IMG/VR virus record: IMGVR_UViG_3300045837_000211
Location: 1-55,735 of that record
Length of the DNA: 55,735 nucleotides
Reading direction: 5' to 3' (one strand)
Source: a virus
Lineage: Duplodnaviria > Caudoviricetes
Below are positions 1 through 8,465 of the stretch, piece after piece (positions within the stretch are counted from its first letter, which is position 1; the number at the start of each line of letters is the position of its first letter). The notes beneath the pieces are model-generated. The model was not told the origin of the DNA. It was given only the letters and a program-made list of their open reading frames with translations, and searched no databases. The translations under genes were made by a program, and so were the position numbers.

Positions 1-96
1 GGTTGCGGGGGGCGGGGTGGCAAACACCACGATAGCCGCGGGTGCCCCCCCAATCCCCTTCACCCAATCGAATCGTCCGCAATCCGAAATCCTCCG

Positions 97-516
97 TCAG
101 CCCGCGACGCGGTAGAGAGCATTCGCCCGCGGGTGCGACTCCCATAGGAGCGCCGGCTCGCCTTCGACGAAGCACGCGCGGGGCGGCGGCTCGACGGCGC
201 TCGACTCGTTGCGGAGGGCCGACGTGACCGAGGCCGCGCCGCGGCTGATGTAAATCCGGTTGGCGAGCAATAGCTGGTGCGCAAGAAGCACCTTCGCCAT
301 CGCCCAACACGGCGCGCTGTGAACGCCCGCGTCGCAGGTGCACGAGACCAGACCTGGAAGCTCCGGGTCGTCGAGCCTCACCTTGTGGTCGCGCCCCTCG
401 CCCTGGGACGAGGGCACGCGGAAGGTGCAGGAGTCGATGACGACGACGGGCGCGGAGTACGAGCGCGCCTTCAAAAATTGATTGCGACCGACGCGATGAA
501 TCGGTATCATCGGCAT
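97..516 (-). CDS. SWIM-like zinc-finger protein
   Basis: SCTCDAG...PCWA motif; AAGGAG upstream of ATG 516; lies downstream of cro. Confidence 0.6.
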   Translation of the reverse strand: MPMIPIHRVGRNQFLKARSYSAPVVVIDSCTFRVPSSQGEGRDHKVRLDDPELPGLVSCTCDAGVHSAPCWAMAKVLLAHQLLLANRIYISRGAASVTSALRNESSAVEPPPRACFVEGEPALLWESHPRANALYRVAG

Positions 517-599
517 AAAGGAAGGTTCTCCTTTCTTGCGTTGTGGGGCCGCCCGAAGGTTCTTGCCGATCCGGGGCGGCCCTATCATTTTGTCCGCCT

Positions 600-845
600 T
601 CAGACAGTGACAAGAGCCTGAAGAAGCTTCTTGTCCTCGTCGATGATGACGCTGGAGGGCTGTACCCCGAGTAGCTCACACCACTTGAGGAGGACGGGTG
701 CCGGCACGCGGTTAGAGCCGTTCTCGTAGGTGGCGAACGTCTGGGGCGAAAGTCCGAGGTCGCGCGCCAGGTCGGAGGCGCGCAAGCGGCCCCGCGCCGC
801 CCTCAGCTTCGCGTGCTTGATCTTCAGGAGAATCCGGTTGTTCAT
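600..845 (-). CDS. Cro-like XRE HTH regulator
   Basis: LRASDLARDLGLSPQTFATYENGSNRVP HTH; divergent from the repressor. Confidence 0.85.
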   Translation of the reverse strand: MNNRILLKIKHAKLRAARGRLRASDLARDLGLSPQTFATYENGSNRVPAPVLLKWCELLGVQPSSVIIDEDKKLLQALVTV

Positions 846-852
846 GCCGCGC

Positions 853-882
853 ATCCTAAATCGCCTCTTCCGCGTCTGTCAA
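853..882 (-). promoter_or_regulatory. Leftward sigma70 promoter for cro (probably leaderless)
   Basis: TTGACA (882-877), 18 bp spacer, TAGGAT (858-853); ATG begins 8 nt after the -10. Confidence 0.65.
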
Positions 883-957
883 CTCCGAATTGAAAATAGT
901 ATATTCCGAATTTAATTGCAAGATATAAATTCAGCATTGACAGAATTAAATTTTGAA
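883..957. promoter_or_regulatory. Candidate cI/Cro operator half-sites
   Basis: AATTCGGAA-like motif on the - strand at 883-891 and 904-912, degenerate copies on + at 928-936 and 949-957, in an AT-rich intergenic region. Confidence 0.5.
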
Positions 958-965
958 TATAACTT
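937..965 (+). promoter_or_regulatory. Rightward promoter for cI (probably leaderless)
   Basis: TTGACA 937-942, 17 bp spacer, TAACTT 960-965; GTG start at 972; no SD. Confidence 0.7.
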
Positions 966-971
966 CTCCGC

Positions 972-1529
972 GTGACGCCCGCGCCGACCTACGAAACCTT
1001 CGGCGACTGGTTGGAAGCCGAACGGAAGCAGAAGAACCTCACCGCTTCAGAACTGGCGCGGAGGGTCGGGGTTAAACCTCAATACATTCACAACCTCGAA
1101 AAAAACGTCCCGACTAAAAGCGGCAAGCCCCCGAAGCCGAGTCCCCGGACTTGCATCAACATCGCCAACGCTCTCGGCGTGCATTACCTCGAGGTTATGC
1201 GGCGCGCGGGGCACGTCCCCGACGACATACCTGAGTCGGAAATGAAGGCGCGCATGGCGGGCGATTACGTCGTCTCCCTACCTGATGACAAGCAGGAGGA
1301 GGCGCTCGGCTATCTTAAATTTTTATTTGAGAAGTTCGGCGACAGGAATAAAATGCGCGAGCGTTCGCCCAAACACCCTGCCGTGGTCCGGGAGAAAGAG
1401 CACGCGCCGGCTCCAGTCGCGCGGACGACGCCCCAGAAAGGGGCAGCCGGCAAAGCATCGCAGCCGCTCGCCGATAAGGGGGCACACTCCAAGCGTGCCG
1501 CCAAAAACGGTGGCGATAAGAGGCGTTAA
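972..1529 (+). CDS. CI-like XRE-family repressor without a C-terminal peptidase domain
   Basis: FGDWLEAERKQKNLTASELARRVGVKPQYIHNLE HTH; basic low-complexity tail. Confidence 0.85.
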   Translation: MTPAPTYETFGDWLEAERKQKNLTASELARRVGVKPQYIHNLEKNVPTKSGKPPKPSPRTCINIANALGVHYLEVMRRAGHVPDDIPESEMKARMAGDYVVSLPDDKQEEALGYLKFLFEKFGDRNKMRERSPKHPAVVREKEHAPAPVARTTPQKGAAGKASQPLADKGAHSKRAAKNGGDKRR

Positions 1530-1542
1530 GCTGCGCCGACGA

Positions 1543-1749
1543 TTACTTGGTGCCAGTCAGCAGGGAGAGCAACCACGTCAGGATGCTCTGATCTGCCGAG
1601 GTGGTGGTTGTCGTCGAGCTGGTTGTCTGAGCGCCCGGCACCGTCTGCGAGTCGCCGGGCACGGTCTGGGAGTCACCTGCAAAGGCCGCCACGGACAGAG
1701 CGGCAATTATTAGTAGGCTTGCCACGAAGCGTTTGGCTCTCGATTTCAT
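1543..1749 (-). CDS. Small secreted propeptide (68 aa) with tandem GDSQTVP repeat; putative signalling peptide precursor
   Basis: AGGAG SD before ATG 1749; Sec signal MKSRAKRFVASLLIIAALSVAAFA|; GDSQTVP x2; Thr/Ser linker; C-terminal amphipathic helix. Confidence 0.75.
   Translation of the reverse strand: MKSRAKRFVASLLIIAALSVAAFAGDSQTVPGDSQTVPGAQTTSSTTTTTSADQSILTWLLSLLTGTK
1636..1677 (-). repeat. Two tandem 21-bp repeats encoding GDSQTVP
   Basis: ggtgactcccagaccgtgccc vs ggcgactcgcagacggtgccg; four differences, all synonymous third positions. Confidence 0.95.
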
Positions 1750-1841
1750 GGTTAGTCTCCTCATTTGAGGTGGGGTAGAAAACGCGCGCATTGTACACAT
1801 TTTCAGGTTCGTCAACCCTTCGCGCAGGTAAGGAAAGTAAG

Positions 1842-3158
1842 ATGCTGCGGCCTATACTCCTCACGCATGACGGCGAGGAAAAACGGCTCGACGTTGCAAG
1901 AGACGTAGCAACGTCGGAGAAGTGTTGCCGCGCATTACAGATGGCATACGCCGGCAATTATGCGGAGGCCATTCAACTTCTAAGCCCCGTCTTGGGCGGT
2001 TTAGACTTCGACCCATTTGTCGAGGGGCTTTCGCCGGTCACTACCGCCGAACTATATCTCTGCGCCGGCGTCATTCAGTGCGCCATCGCGAGGATCGACA
2101 CGACTCGTCGCGCGGGCCGGCGCTACCTCAGAAGGGCGGCGGCTCTCTACCGCTCACTCGGAGACCACGAACGGTCGGCACTTTGTGTTAAAGAGTTGGC
2201 CGGGAGTTTGCAGCGATCCGGGTTTCACCGGCACGCGCGGCGTGTGGCGCGTGCCGCCCTCGGAAACCCCGACCATCTTACCTTAGAGGTGGAGGCAAGC
2301 CTACATTTAATCGTCGCCAACTCGGAGTTGAGCGAGCGCCACTATGAGGCGGCGCTAGACACGCTCCAGCGCGCTTACCCACTTTTCGAGACGGTGACTG
2401 ATGACCGCCTCCGCGGCGCTTTTCATAACACGTTAGGAATTGCATTAAAGAATCTCGGAGTGAATCATCACCATGACGATTTTCTACAGCGTGCCATCAT
2501 CGAATTTACGGCGGCCGGCTACCACTTCGAGCGTGCTGAGAATTCTCTCTTTCAGTCGAGCGTAGAAAATAACATCGGGTTTTTACTTTCGACGTTAGGC
2601 GAGCACGAACAAGCTCGGCTTCACATTGACCACGCCAAGGTACTCGCCACGGACGCGGGTGATCTTGTGAGGGCCTCGCATTTTGACGACACCTTAGCGC
2701 GGGTGCTATGCAATGAGGGCCGGCTTTCCGAAGCCGAGAAGATTATCGAGCGCGCCGTTACTGAGCTAGAGCTGCTCGGCGCGGCGGACGAGTTAGAAGA
2801 GGCCAGGGTTACGCTCAACGAAATAAAAAACAAGCTCGATGGGGCGACGGTTGAAGCGTCGAACGTCATCCCCTTCCCGACCCCGCTCGCCGCACTTCCC
2901 GCGCGTTTCGTCGTCTCGGTCTCTGACGACTCGCTGGTCAACGCCGGGATCGAGGCCGGCGATGAGGTGTGGGTCTGCCGCGCCGCGAAGGCGCAGGACG
3001 GAGACCTCGTTTTCGCGGACACACCCGATGGCGCGATGCTCGCCTATTACTACGCGGAGGGTTCGCTCATCATGTTCATCTTCGCCGGCGGGGATTGTGA
3101 AGAGCGCTATTACCCTGTTGGGCTGGTTAGAGTTTTAGGCGTCGCACTCAGTAGATAG
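1842..3158 (+). CDS. TPR-repeat protein with C-terminal LexA/S24-like domain; putative peptide receptor
   Basis: TPR-like helices (AFHNTLGIALKNLG, VENNIGFLLSTLG, FDDTLARVL); C-terminal FVVSVSDDSL..AGIEAGDEVWV...GDLVFA; AAGGA before ATG 1842. Confidence 0.8.
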   Translation: MLRPILLTHDGEEKRLDVARDVATSEKCCRALQMAYAGNYAEAIQLLSPVLGGLDFDPFVEGLSPVTTAELYLCAGVIQCAIARIDTTRRAGRRYLRRAAALYRSLGDHERSALCVKELAGSLQRSGFHRHARRVARAALGNPDHLTLEVEASLHLIVANSELSERHYEAALDTLQRAYPLFETVTDDRLRGAFHNTLGIALKNLGVNHHHDDFLQRAIIEFTAAGYHFERAENSLFQSSVENNIGFLLSTLGEHEQARLHIDHAKVLATDAGDLVRASHFDDTLARVLCNEGRLSEAEKIIERAVTELELLGAADELEEARVTLNEIKNKLDGATVEASNVIPFPTPLAALPARFVVSVSDDSLVNAGIEAGDEVWVCRAAKAQDGDLVFADTPDGAMLAYYYAEGSLIMFIFAGGDCEERYYPVGLVRVLGVALSR

Positions 3159-3227
3159 CCTGTCTTGAAGCGCGGCCGTCACGGCTGGTCGTCAACCTCA
3201 TTCCCACTTGCTGAAAGGAAGCGTTCT

Positions 3228-3950
3228 ATGGAAGTTTCACCCGAACACCCACAACGGCAGGTTAAGTCACCTGCACGTTCAAGAATAAGATTGCTCGGTT
3301 ATATTCTTGGGAGTCTCGTCGCAATAACGCTGCTCGGCATCATCGGTTTTCTGATTTGGGAGAACGGGAAACAGAGGGGCGCTTTAGAGGCGCTGGCGCA
3401 AAAGAATGCTGATGTGAGCCGTGCCACTCAGGCTGAAGAGAACTCTGCGGAGAAGGCATCGAAGCTAAGAGAAGACGACGAGGAAAGTGACGGGGAGCTT
3501 AAGAAAGCTGAAGACGGGTTCAATGTGGATGACGGGTGTCGTGCGCTCTTCTACCGTATCAGGGATGAGGGCGGCGACAGTCCCGAAGCCATCAAAGCAA
3601 ATATCAGGGCGGTGGATAAGAAGCTCCGTTATAACCAGGTCATGAAAAATCCAATGCCCTTTTACGGAAAGCCGATAGCTATTGCCGCCCTCGTTCAACA
3701 GGCCACTGAGTACCCGGCAAAAGACGGCAGCTATTTCACAGACGTGATGATTAACTGGGACGGACAGCCGGTGATGGCGAGCGCAGCGTTTCACACTCCC
3801 TTCGCCAAAGGTGATCGCGTGGTGGTGGTCGGTTACCTGGCAGGACACTTATATCATTACAAGTCAATAGCCCAGTGGGACATGTCAGTTCCGCTTATAA
3901 TCACGCGTGCTATCTTGAAGCCGAGCGAGGTGGTGAAGCTGAAGGCATAG
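3228..3950 (+). CDS. Single-pass membrane protein (possible superinfection exclusion / lysogenic conversion)
   Basis: One TM segment (LLGYILGSLVAITLLGIIGFLIW), coiled coil, beta-rich C-terminus; lower GC; function inferred from position. Confidence 0.6.
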   Translation: MEVSPEHPQRQVKSPARSRIRLLGYILGSLVAITLLGIIGFLIWENGKQRGALEALAQKNADVSRATQAEENSAEKASKLREDDEESDGELKKAEDGFNVDDGCRALFYRIRDEGGDSPEAIKANIRAVDKKLRYNQVMKNPMPFYGKPIAIAALVQQATEYPAKDGSYFTDVMINWDGQPVMASAAFHTPFAKGDRVVVVGYLAGHLYHYKSIAQWDMSVPLIITRAILKPSEVVKLKA

Positions 3951-3965
3951 GAGCTTCTAAATTAA

Positions 3966-4313
3966 GTGATGAGTTATGGTGATTGGATCCTCTGCGAATA
4001 CCCCCTCCCCGATTATAAGGGAGAGGGCCGCCAGTTCCTGACTAAGGATTTGGACTGGGCCGATAACAGCTACACGATAACCGTCGACGGCAGACTCCTC
4101 AACCACAATTCGGGCATCCATTCACCTGCCGCCGAAGACGGTCACTTCCATACACAATACGAGCCACCGGGAGTGGAGGTTGAATATGACGGCGACATTT
4201 TTTTTTACGACGACAACGACCAAGTCTATCAAGCTCGTTTTAGGAAGGGGCGAGTGCTCTGGATTAATGCTAGCACTTATGAAGAATTGAGAAGGAACTA
4301 TGAGAAAACCTAG
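3966..4313 (+). CDS. Hypothetical protein
   Basis: Compact ORF in the lower-GC accessory block. Confidence 0.55.
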   Translation: MMSYGDWILCEYPLPDYKGEGRQFLTKDLDWADNSYTITVDGRLLNHNSGIHSPAAEDGHFHTQYEPPGVEVEYDGDIFFYDDNDQVYQARFRKGRVLWINASTYEELRRNYEKT

Positions 4314-4509
4314 CTTGAGTAGAACAATAAATTATGAAGACCTGGACGATACCGCGCGTGTGATTGCAGGTGAAGTTGCAGGTAAGGAAGTGCAGTCAAT
4401 AGAACTCGACGGCGATCTTAGCGGCCTAGATCTCATCATTAAGTTCAGTGACGGGAAGAGCCTGATGATAGATGTTAGTTATATTTATGGGTGGGAAATG
4501 ACGGATTGA
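4300..4509 (+). CDS. Hypothetical acidic protein
   Basis: AAGGA SD; overlaps the upstream ORF. Confidence 0.55.
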   Translation: MRKPSLSRTINYEDLDDTARVIAGEVAGKEVQSIELDGDLSGLDLIIKFSDGKSLMIDVSYIYGWEMTD

Positions 4510-4764
4510 ATAATCAATCTTTTTTCAATCCTGCAATTCATCATTCCGCCTTCCGCATTGAATTGTTGATAAAAGATCAATTCCCTTCTCAGGTCCCCCA
4601 AAGTGCCCGCCTCCGGCGACTTGCTCTTTTCCCCGTTTTCCAGCACAATCCCTCCCGCCTCTGCTCCCGTAACAATTTGACTCGCTGATAGATAAGGCTC
4701 GGAGACTCAAGGTTTTACTCCCGCCTTTCGTGGTGAAAAATTATTTTCACCCTGAGCCGTAATG

Positions 4765-4795
4765 TTGCGTTTAGACGCGGGCGCTCATCTATCCT
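4765..4795 (+). promoter_or_regulatory. Putative late promoter 1 (TTGCGTTTAGAC-N13-TATCCT)
   Basis: Identical 12-mer with the same spacing to a TAnnnT box at three intergenic sites. Confidence 0.7.
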
Positions 4796-4802
4796 GTTAA
4801 AT

Positions 4803-5414
4803 GTGAGCGTCCCAGCACAAAGGACATTCCCGGAAGCGGAGGCGGCGGGTTTGCGCGCGCGCCAGTCGCACGGCAACCGCGGCAAAGAGTTCGAGCGGAT
4901 GCTGGAGAAGACGCACCATTACTACGGCGTGCGCGGCGTGGCCGACGTGGTTTACATCGAGAACGCTTTCATCTACTGCTCCGAGGGAGAATTCGCGCGG
5001 CTGCCGCGTGAGCTGAAGGCGCGGATGGGCGACGGGCGCACTTTGAAGCGGGTGCGGACCTCCGGCGACTACCGCGGCACGCTACGCGGTCGCGGGATCG
5101 CCTTCGACGCCAAACAGTTCTCCGACGACCGGCTGGCCTTGGGGATAATCCCGCGCCACCAGGTGGAGGCGCTCTCTTCATTCGCGCGCGCGGGCGGCCT
5201 CGGAGGTTTCATGGTCTATGCCAGGCGCGTCTCGACCGTCTACTGGGTGAACGCTCTCCTGATGCGCGACATGTGCGACCGCGCCCTGTCGAGTAAAGGC
5301 GTCAAGACACTGAACCTGAAATGGTTCGCCGAGAACGCAGTCAGTGTCGGCGTCGTCGTGCCGGGCGGACTCGTCGAATACGACCTTGCCCTCTCCTCCT
5401 CGCCGGACAACTGA
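4803..5414 (+). CDS. recU: RecU-like Holliday junction resolvase
   Basis: NRGKEFE...GDYRG...IAFDAK...HQVEAL PD-(D/E)xK motifs typical of RecU. Confidence 0.8.
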   Translation: MSVPAQRTFPEAEAAGLRARQSHGNRGKEFERMLEKTHHYYGVRGVADVVYIENAFIYCSEGEFARLPRELKARMGDGRTLKRVRTSGDYRGTLRGRGIAFDAKQFSDDRLALGIIPRHQVEALSSFARAGGLGGFMVYARRVSTVYWVNALLMRDMCDRALSSKGVKTLNLKWFAENAVSVGVVVPGGLVEYDLALSSSPDN

Positions 5415-5433
5415 ACGAATTTTCAGCCCTACC

Positions 5434-5997
5434 ATGCAGACCGCCCAAATGTCATACCAGCGCGAGAGTGTACCCGCCGAAAAACGACTCGAAACGGTCG
5501 CCGCCGGGATAATCGTCGACCTGAAGGCCTGGGCAGCCGCGTGCCCGCGGTATCGGAAAGCCCTCCACGACTGCATCGAGGAGATCGCCTGGGAGGCGAG
5601 GCTTCGCCCCGCATTCGCGCCGGAAGACCCGAGGCCGCACGGGCTGAAGTACGGCGCGAAGGAGATCGTCACGGCCCTGACGCTCTGGGCGGAGCTGAAC
5701 CCGCGCATCGCACGTCACCTGCTCGCGTGCGTCGAGGAGATCAGCCTGATCGCGGAGCAGCACGAGCGCGCGCGCCCGAATCGGCGCGCGCGCGACGAGG
5801 TCGTGGACGCGCTCACAGCCGGCTACCGGACCTGCCCGCAGATCGCGGAGTACAAGGGGCTTCCTCTGCGCACGGTGCAGTACGCCGTGCAGCGCCTCGT
5901 CCGCCTGAAGCTAGTGAGCGACGTGGGCTGCGCGGCGAAGGTGAGAGAGGACGGCTGCCGCCTGCGCCTCTACGAGCTGACTCACACGCCCGCCTGA
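5434..5997 (+). CDS. Winged-helix DNA-binding protein with internal duplication; candidate late regulator
   Basis: C-terminal TCPQIAEYKGLPLRTVQYAVQRLVRLKLV wHTH; two copies of I..L..WA...PR....L..C.EEI. Confidence 0.65.
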   Translation: MQTAQMSYQRESVPAEKRLETVAAGIIVDLKAWAAACPRYRKALHDCIEEIAWEARLRPAFAPEDPRPHGLKYGAKEIVTALTLWAELNPRIARHLLACVEEISLIAEQHERARPNRRARDEVVDALTAGYRTCPQIAEYKGLPLRTVQYAVQRLVRLKLVSDVGCAAKVREDGCRLRLYELTHTPA

Positions 5998-6023
5998 CGC
6001 CCCGCTAAAAAAAATTCCTTACT

Positions 6024-6054
6024 TTGCGTTTAGACCTTCCGGCGCGGTTATGGT
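6024..6054 (+). promoter_or_regulatory. Putative late promoter 2 (TTGCGTTTAGAC-N13-TATGGT)
   Basis: Same 12-mer and spacing; upstream A-tract; precedes the lysis cassette. Confidence 0.7.
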
Positions 6055-6149
6055 GTAGGTGCTGGCGGCGGCCTTCACCGCGTGCGGACGACCACAACTT
6101 TCTGGGTCCCCGGTCGAGGCCGCCGCCGGAACAATCCACCCATCGAGCC

Positions 6150-7145
6150 ATGATCACCGACGAAGAATTTCGACTGATGTGCCCGGCGCTTCCCTCGGCG
6201 AAGCGCGCGGAGATTTTGCCGGCCCTGAACGCCGCGATGGACCGCTACGGGGTCAGCTCCGACGCGCACGACACCGCCGCCTTCCTCGCCAACGTGATGA
6301 AGGAGTCGGAGAGTTTCCAATACTCGCACGAGATTTGGGGGCCTACTCCGACGCAGGAGCACTACGAGTTTCGGCACGACCTGGGGAACACGCAGCCGGG
6401 CGACGGCCACCGGTACATGGGGCGCGGCTACATCGAGACGACCGGCAGGAAGAACTACAGCGACATCAGCCGGGAACTCGGCGTTGATTTCGTGGCGCAG
6501 CCCGAACTGCTCGAACAGCCCAAGTACGCGGCCTTGTCAGCCGCCTTCTTCTGGAAGAGCCACGGCTGTGAAGGACTCGCCGCCTGTCTCACCGGCAGGC
6601 GCGACGCGTCGGAGCAGAAGACGCTCCAGGCGATCTGCCACCGCGTCAACGGCGGCTATAACGGTCTGAGCGAGCGCGTCGCCTTCTACTGGCGCTGCCT
6701 CGCCGTCCTCAACCAACACCCGTCGGCAGTCCTCGCGGCTTCACACCTCAAGCAGGCGATAGCCGCCAACCCCGTCATCCCGACGCCGGAGACGCACACG
6801 CCGGAGCAGATAGCCGCCGAGACCCAAAGCCCGACGCCGGAAGTGGCCGCTGCGGAAGTCCGCGAGCAGGCGGGCGCGACGAGTTTCATCGACATCGCGG
6901 AGGCGACCCCTCCGAGCGTCGTCAAGGCGACGGCGAGGCCCGTCCTGTCGACGGCTTCGTCGAAGGCAGCCGCGGGCGGAGCATGGTTTCTGGCTTCGGT
7001 CAAGGTCGGAGAATACGCCACGTGGGCCGCGCTCGCGCTCGTCGCCGCGGCTGTCGCCTACCTCGTCGTCGCGTACAGGCGCGACATCAGGCGCGTGTTG
7101 AACGTCGGCTTCTACACGCTGAAGGAGGCGACCGTTGGCTTTTGA
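6150..7145 (+). CDS. GH19-family endolysin with C-terminal transmembrane segment
   Basis: AAFLA...ES...EIWG, YMGRGYIETTGRKNY, VNGGYNGLSER; hydrophobic C-terminal helix. Confidence 0.85.
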   Translation: MITDEEFRLMCPALPSAKRAEILPALNAAMDRYGVSSDAHDTAAFLANVMKESESFQYSHEIWGPTPTQEHYEFRHDLGNTQPGDGHRYMGRGYIETTGRKNYSDISRELGVDFVAQPELLEQPKYAALSAAFFWKSHGCEGLAACLTGRRDASEQKTLQAICHRVNGGYNGLSERVAFYWRCLAVLNQHPSAVLAASHLKQAIAANPVIPTPETHTPEQIAAETQSPTPEVAAAEVREQAGATSFIDIAEATPPSVVKATARPVLSTASSKAAAGGAWFLASVKVGEYATWAALALVAAAVAYLVVAYRRDIRRVLNVGFYTLKEATVGF

Positions 7146-7605
7146 CCTCAAGCGCCGTGGCGCGCGCGTCTGGCGCACACTCTCTAACTTCACGCTGAAG
7201 CAGTGGCTCACACTGGCCGCCTTCGCGGTCATCGCGTTCGCAGTCATCCTCTACGCGACGGGTTCGCTCTCGTCGTTCCTGCACGCGAGTAGGTTCGACC
7301 GTCAGGAGGCGCGGCACGACCAGGCCGTGAGCGCCGACACCGCGCAGGCCGACTCTCATGAGGCGAACGCCGACCGCGTTGACACCGCGCGCCAGGTGAA
7401 AGAGGCGCAGGCCGCGGACGCCGAGCGCGAGGCGGACGACGCCGGCAGGCGCGCCGCCGCCACCATAGCACCAACGAGGAAAGCCCGAAGTGACTACGAG
7501 AAGGCGCGTGCTCGCGCTGTTGATGATTTGCCTTCTGTGCCTGACGACCGCATCTGCGCAGAACTCAGCCGGCGGAACATCAACTTCAGCGAGTGCCCCC
7601 GATAA
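7135..7605 (+). CDS. Inner-membrane spanin-like protein
   Basis: N-terminal TM plus Ala/Asp/Arg-rich coiled coil with two C-terminal Cys; follows the endolysin. Confidence 0.55.
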   Translation: MAFDLKRRGARVWRTLSNFTLKQWLTLAAFAVIAFAVILYATGSLSSFLHASRFDRQEARHDQAVSADTAQADSHEANADRVDTARQVKEAQAADAEREADDAGRRAAATIAPTRKARSDYEKARARAVDDLPSVPDDRICAELSRRNINFSECPR

Positions 7606-7948
7606 AAATAAAGTCATCGCGCGCCTGCTCGACGAGATCGACAGCGGGCGCACGTACATCGCCCAGCTCGAGGCGCGAGAGCGTGCGCTCACGGACGAGG
7701 TCGAGAAGGCGCACACCGCCGAGGAGAAGCTCGCGGACGCGCACCAGGCCGCACTGTTGGAGCTGGGAGAGCTGCGCGCCACCATCCAGTACCAGAAGGA
7801 CGCGCTCGCCGAGCGGCAGAAAGAAGTTGACGAGCTGAAGACCGAACTCGACGCCCAGCGCAAGGAGAACAAGAAGCTCCGCCGGGAGAACCTGCTGCTG
7901 AAGATCGGCTACGGCGTCCTCATCCTTCTGGGCACGAAAGGACTCTGA
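7490..7948 (+). CDS. Exported coiled-coil protein overlapping the spanin-like gene
   Basis: Signal peptide (RRRVLALLMICLLCLTTASA|Q), long coiled coil, C-terminal hydrophobic segment. Confidence 0.6.
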   Translation: MTTRRRVLALLMICLLCLTTASAQNSAGGTSTSASAPDKNKVIARLLDEIDSGRTYIAQLEARERALTDEVEKAHTAEEKLADAHQAALLELGELRATIQYQKDALAERQKEVDELKTELDAQRKENKKLRRENLLLKIGYGVLILLGTKGL

Positions 7949-8211
7949 TGAACAAGCCCGACCTCTCGCCGGCGAACGTGACACACCGCGTGATCGCGGT
8001 GCTCTCGGCGCTCGCCGTCCTCTCGATGTTCGCCGACCCAGGCGTCGCTCGCGCGCTCGACTCGGTCAACCCGCACCTCTCGACGGTTGTCAACGCGCTC
8101 GGCGTCGTCGGCCTCTTCTGCACGAAGGAGCTGGTGAGCATCAAGGCGCTCGCGCGCGCCTTCCGCGTTCTGGGGCCGGCGGATGATAACTCCGACGTGC
8201 CGACCCGATGA
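7948..8211 (+). CDS. Holin-like membrane protein
   Basis: 87 aa, two hydrophobic segments, within the lysis cassette. Confidence 0.5.
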   Translation: MNKPDLSPANVTHRVIAVLSALAVLSMFADPGVARALDSVNPHLSTVVNALGVVGLFCTKELVSIKALARAFRVLGPADDNSDVPTR

Positions 8212-8465
8212 CCGCGAAGGCGGGAGTTTGAAATATCCCACAGGGCGCGCGAGGCGCGCCGGGGCGGCGGGCCGCAAAGCCACGGCCGCCCCATCCGTAT
8301 TGATTGTCCCCTCGTCTCCACTCCGGGTGTGCGGCCCCATGCCGGCACGCGTGCAAGAGCTTGGGGCGCTACCAGGCCGCTAGTACCGGCCTGTCTAGTG
8401 AGGGCGGCACGTTGAAGGAGCGTGACCTCTGCCGCCCTCACTTTCCGCAACCTCAACAACCCGCC

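Noticed and set aside
1430-1460. AAG in the CI tail as a LexA-type Ala-Gly cleavage site for the TPR S24 domain
   Set aside because: It lies in low-complexity sequence without the usual context, and the S24-like domain lacks the catalytic Lys
8238-8300. GGGCCGCAAAGCCACGG resembles part of a c-di-GMP-I riboswitch
   Set aside because: The GGCAAA..GAAA P2 element and the downstream P3/P1 consensus are not evident; it would need an Rfam scan
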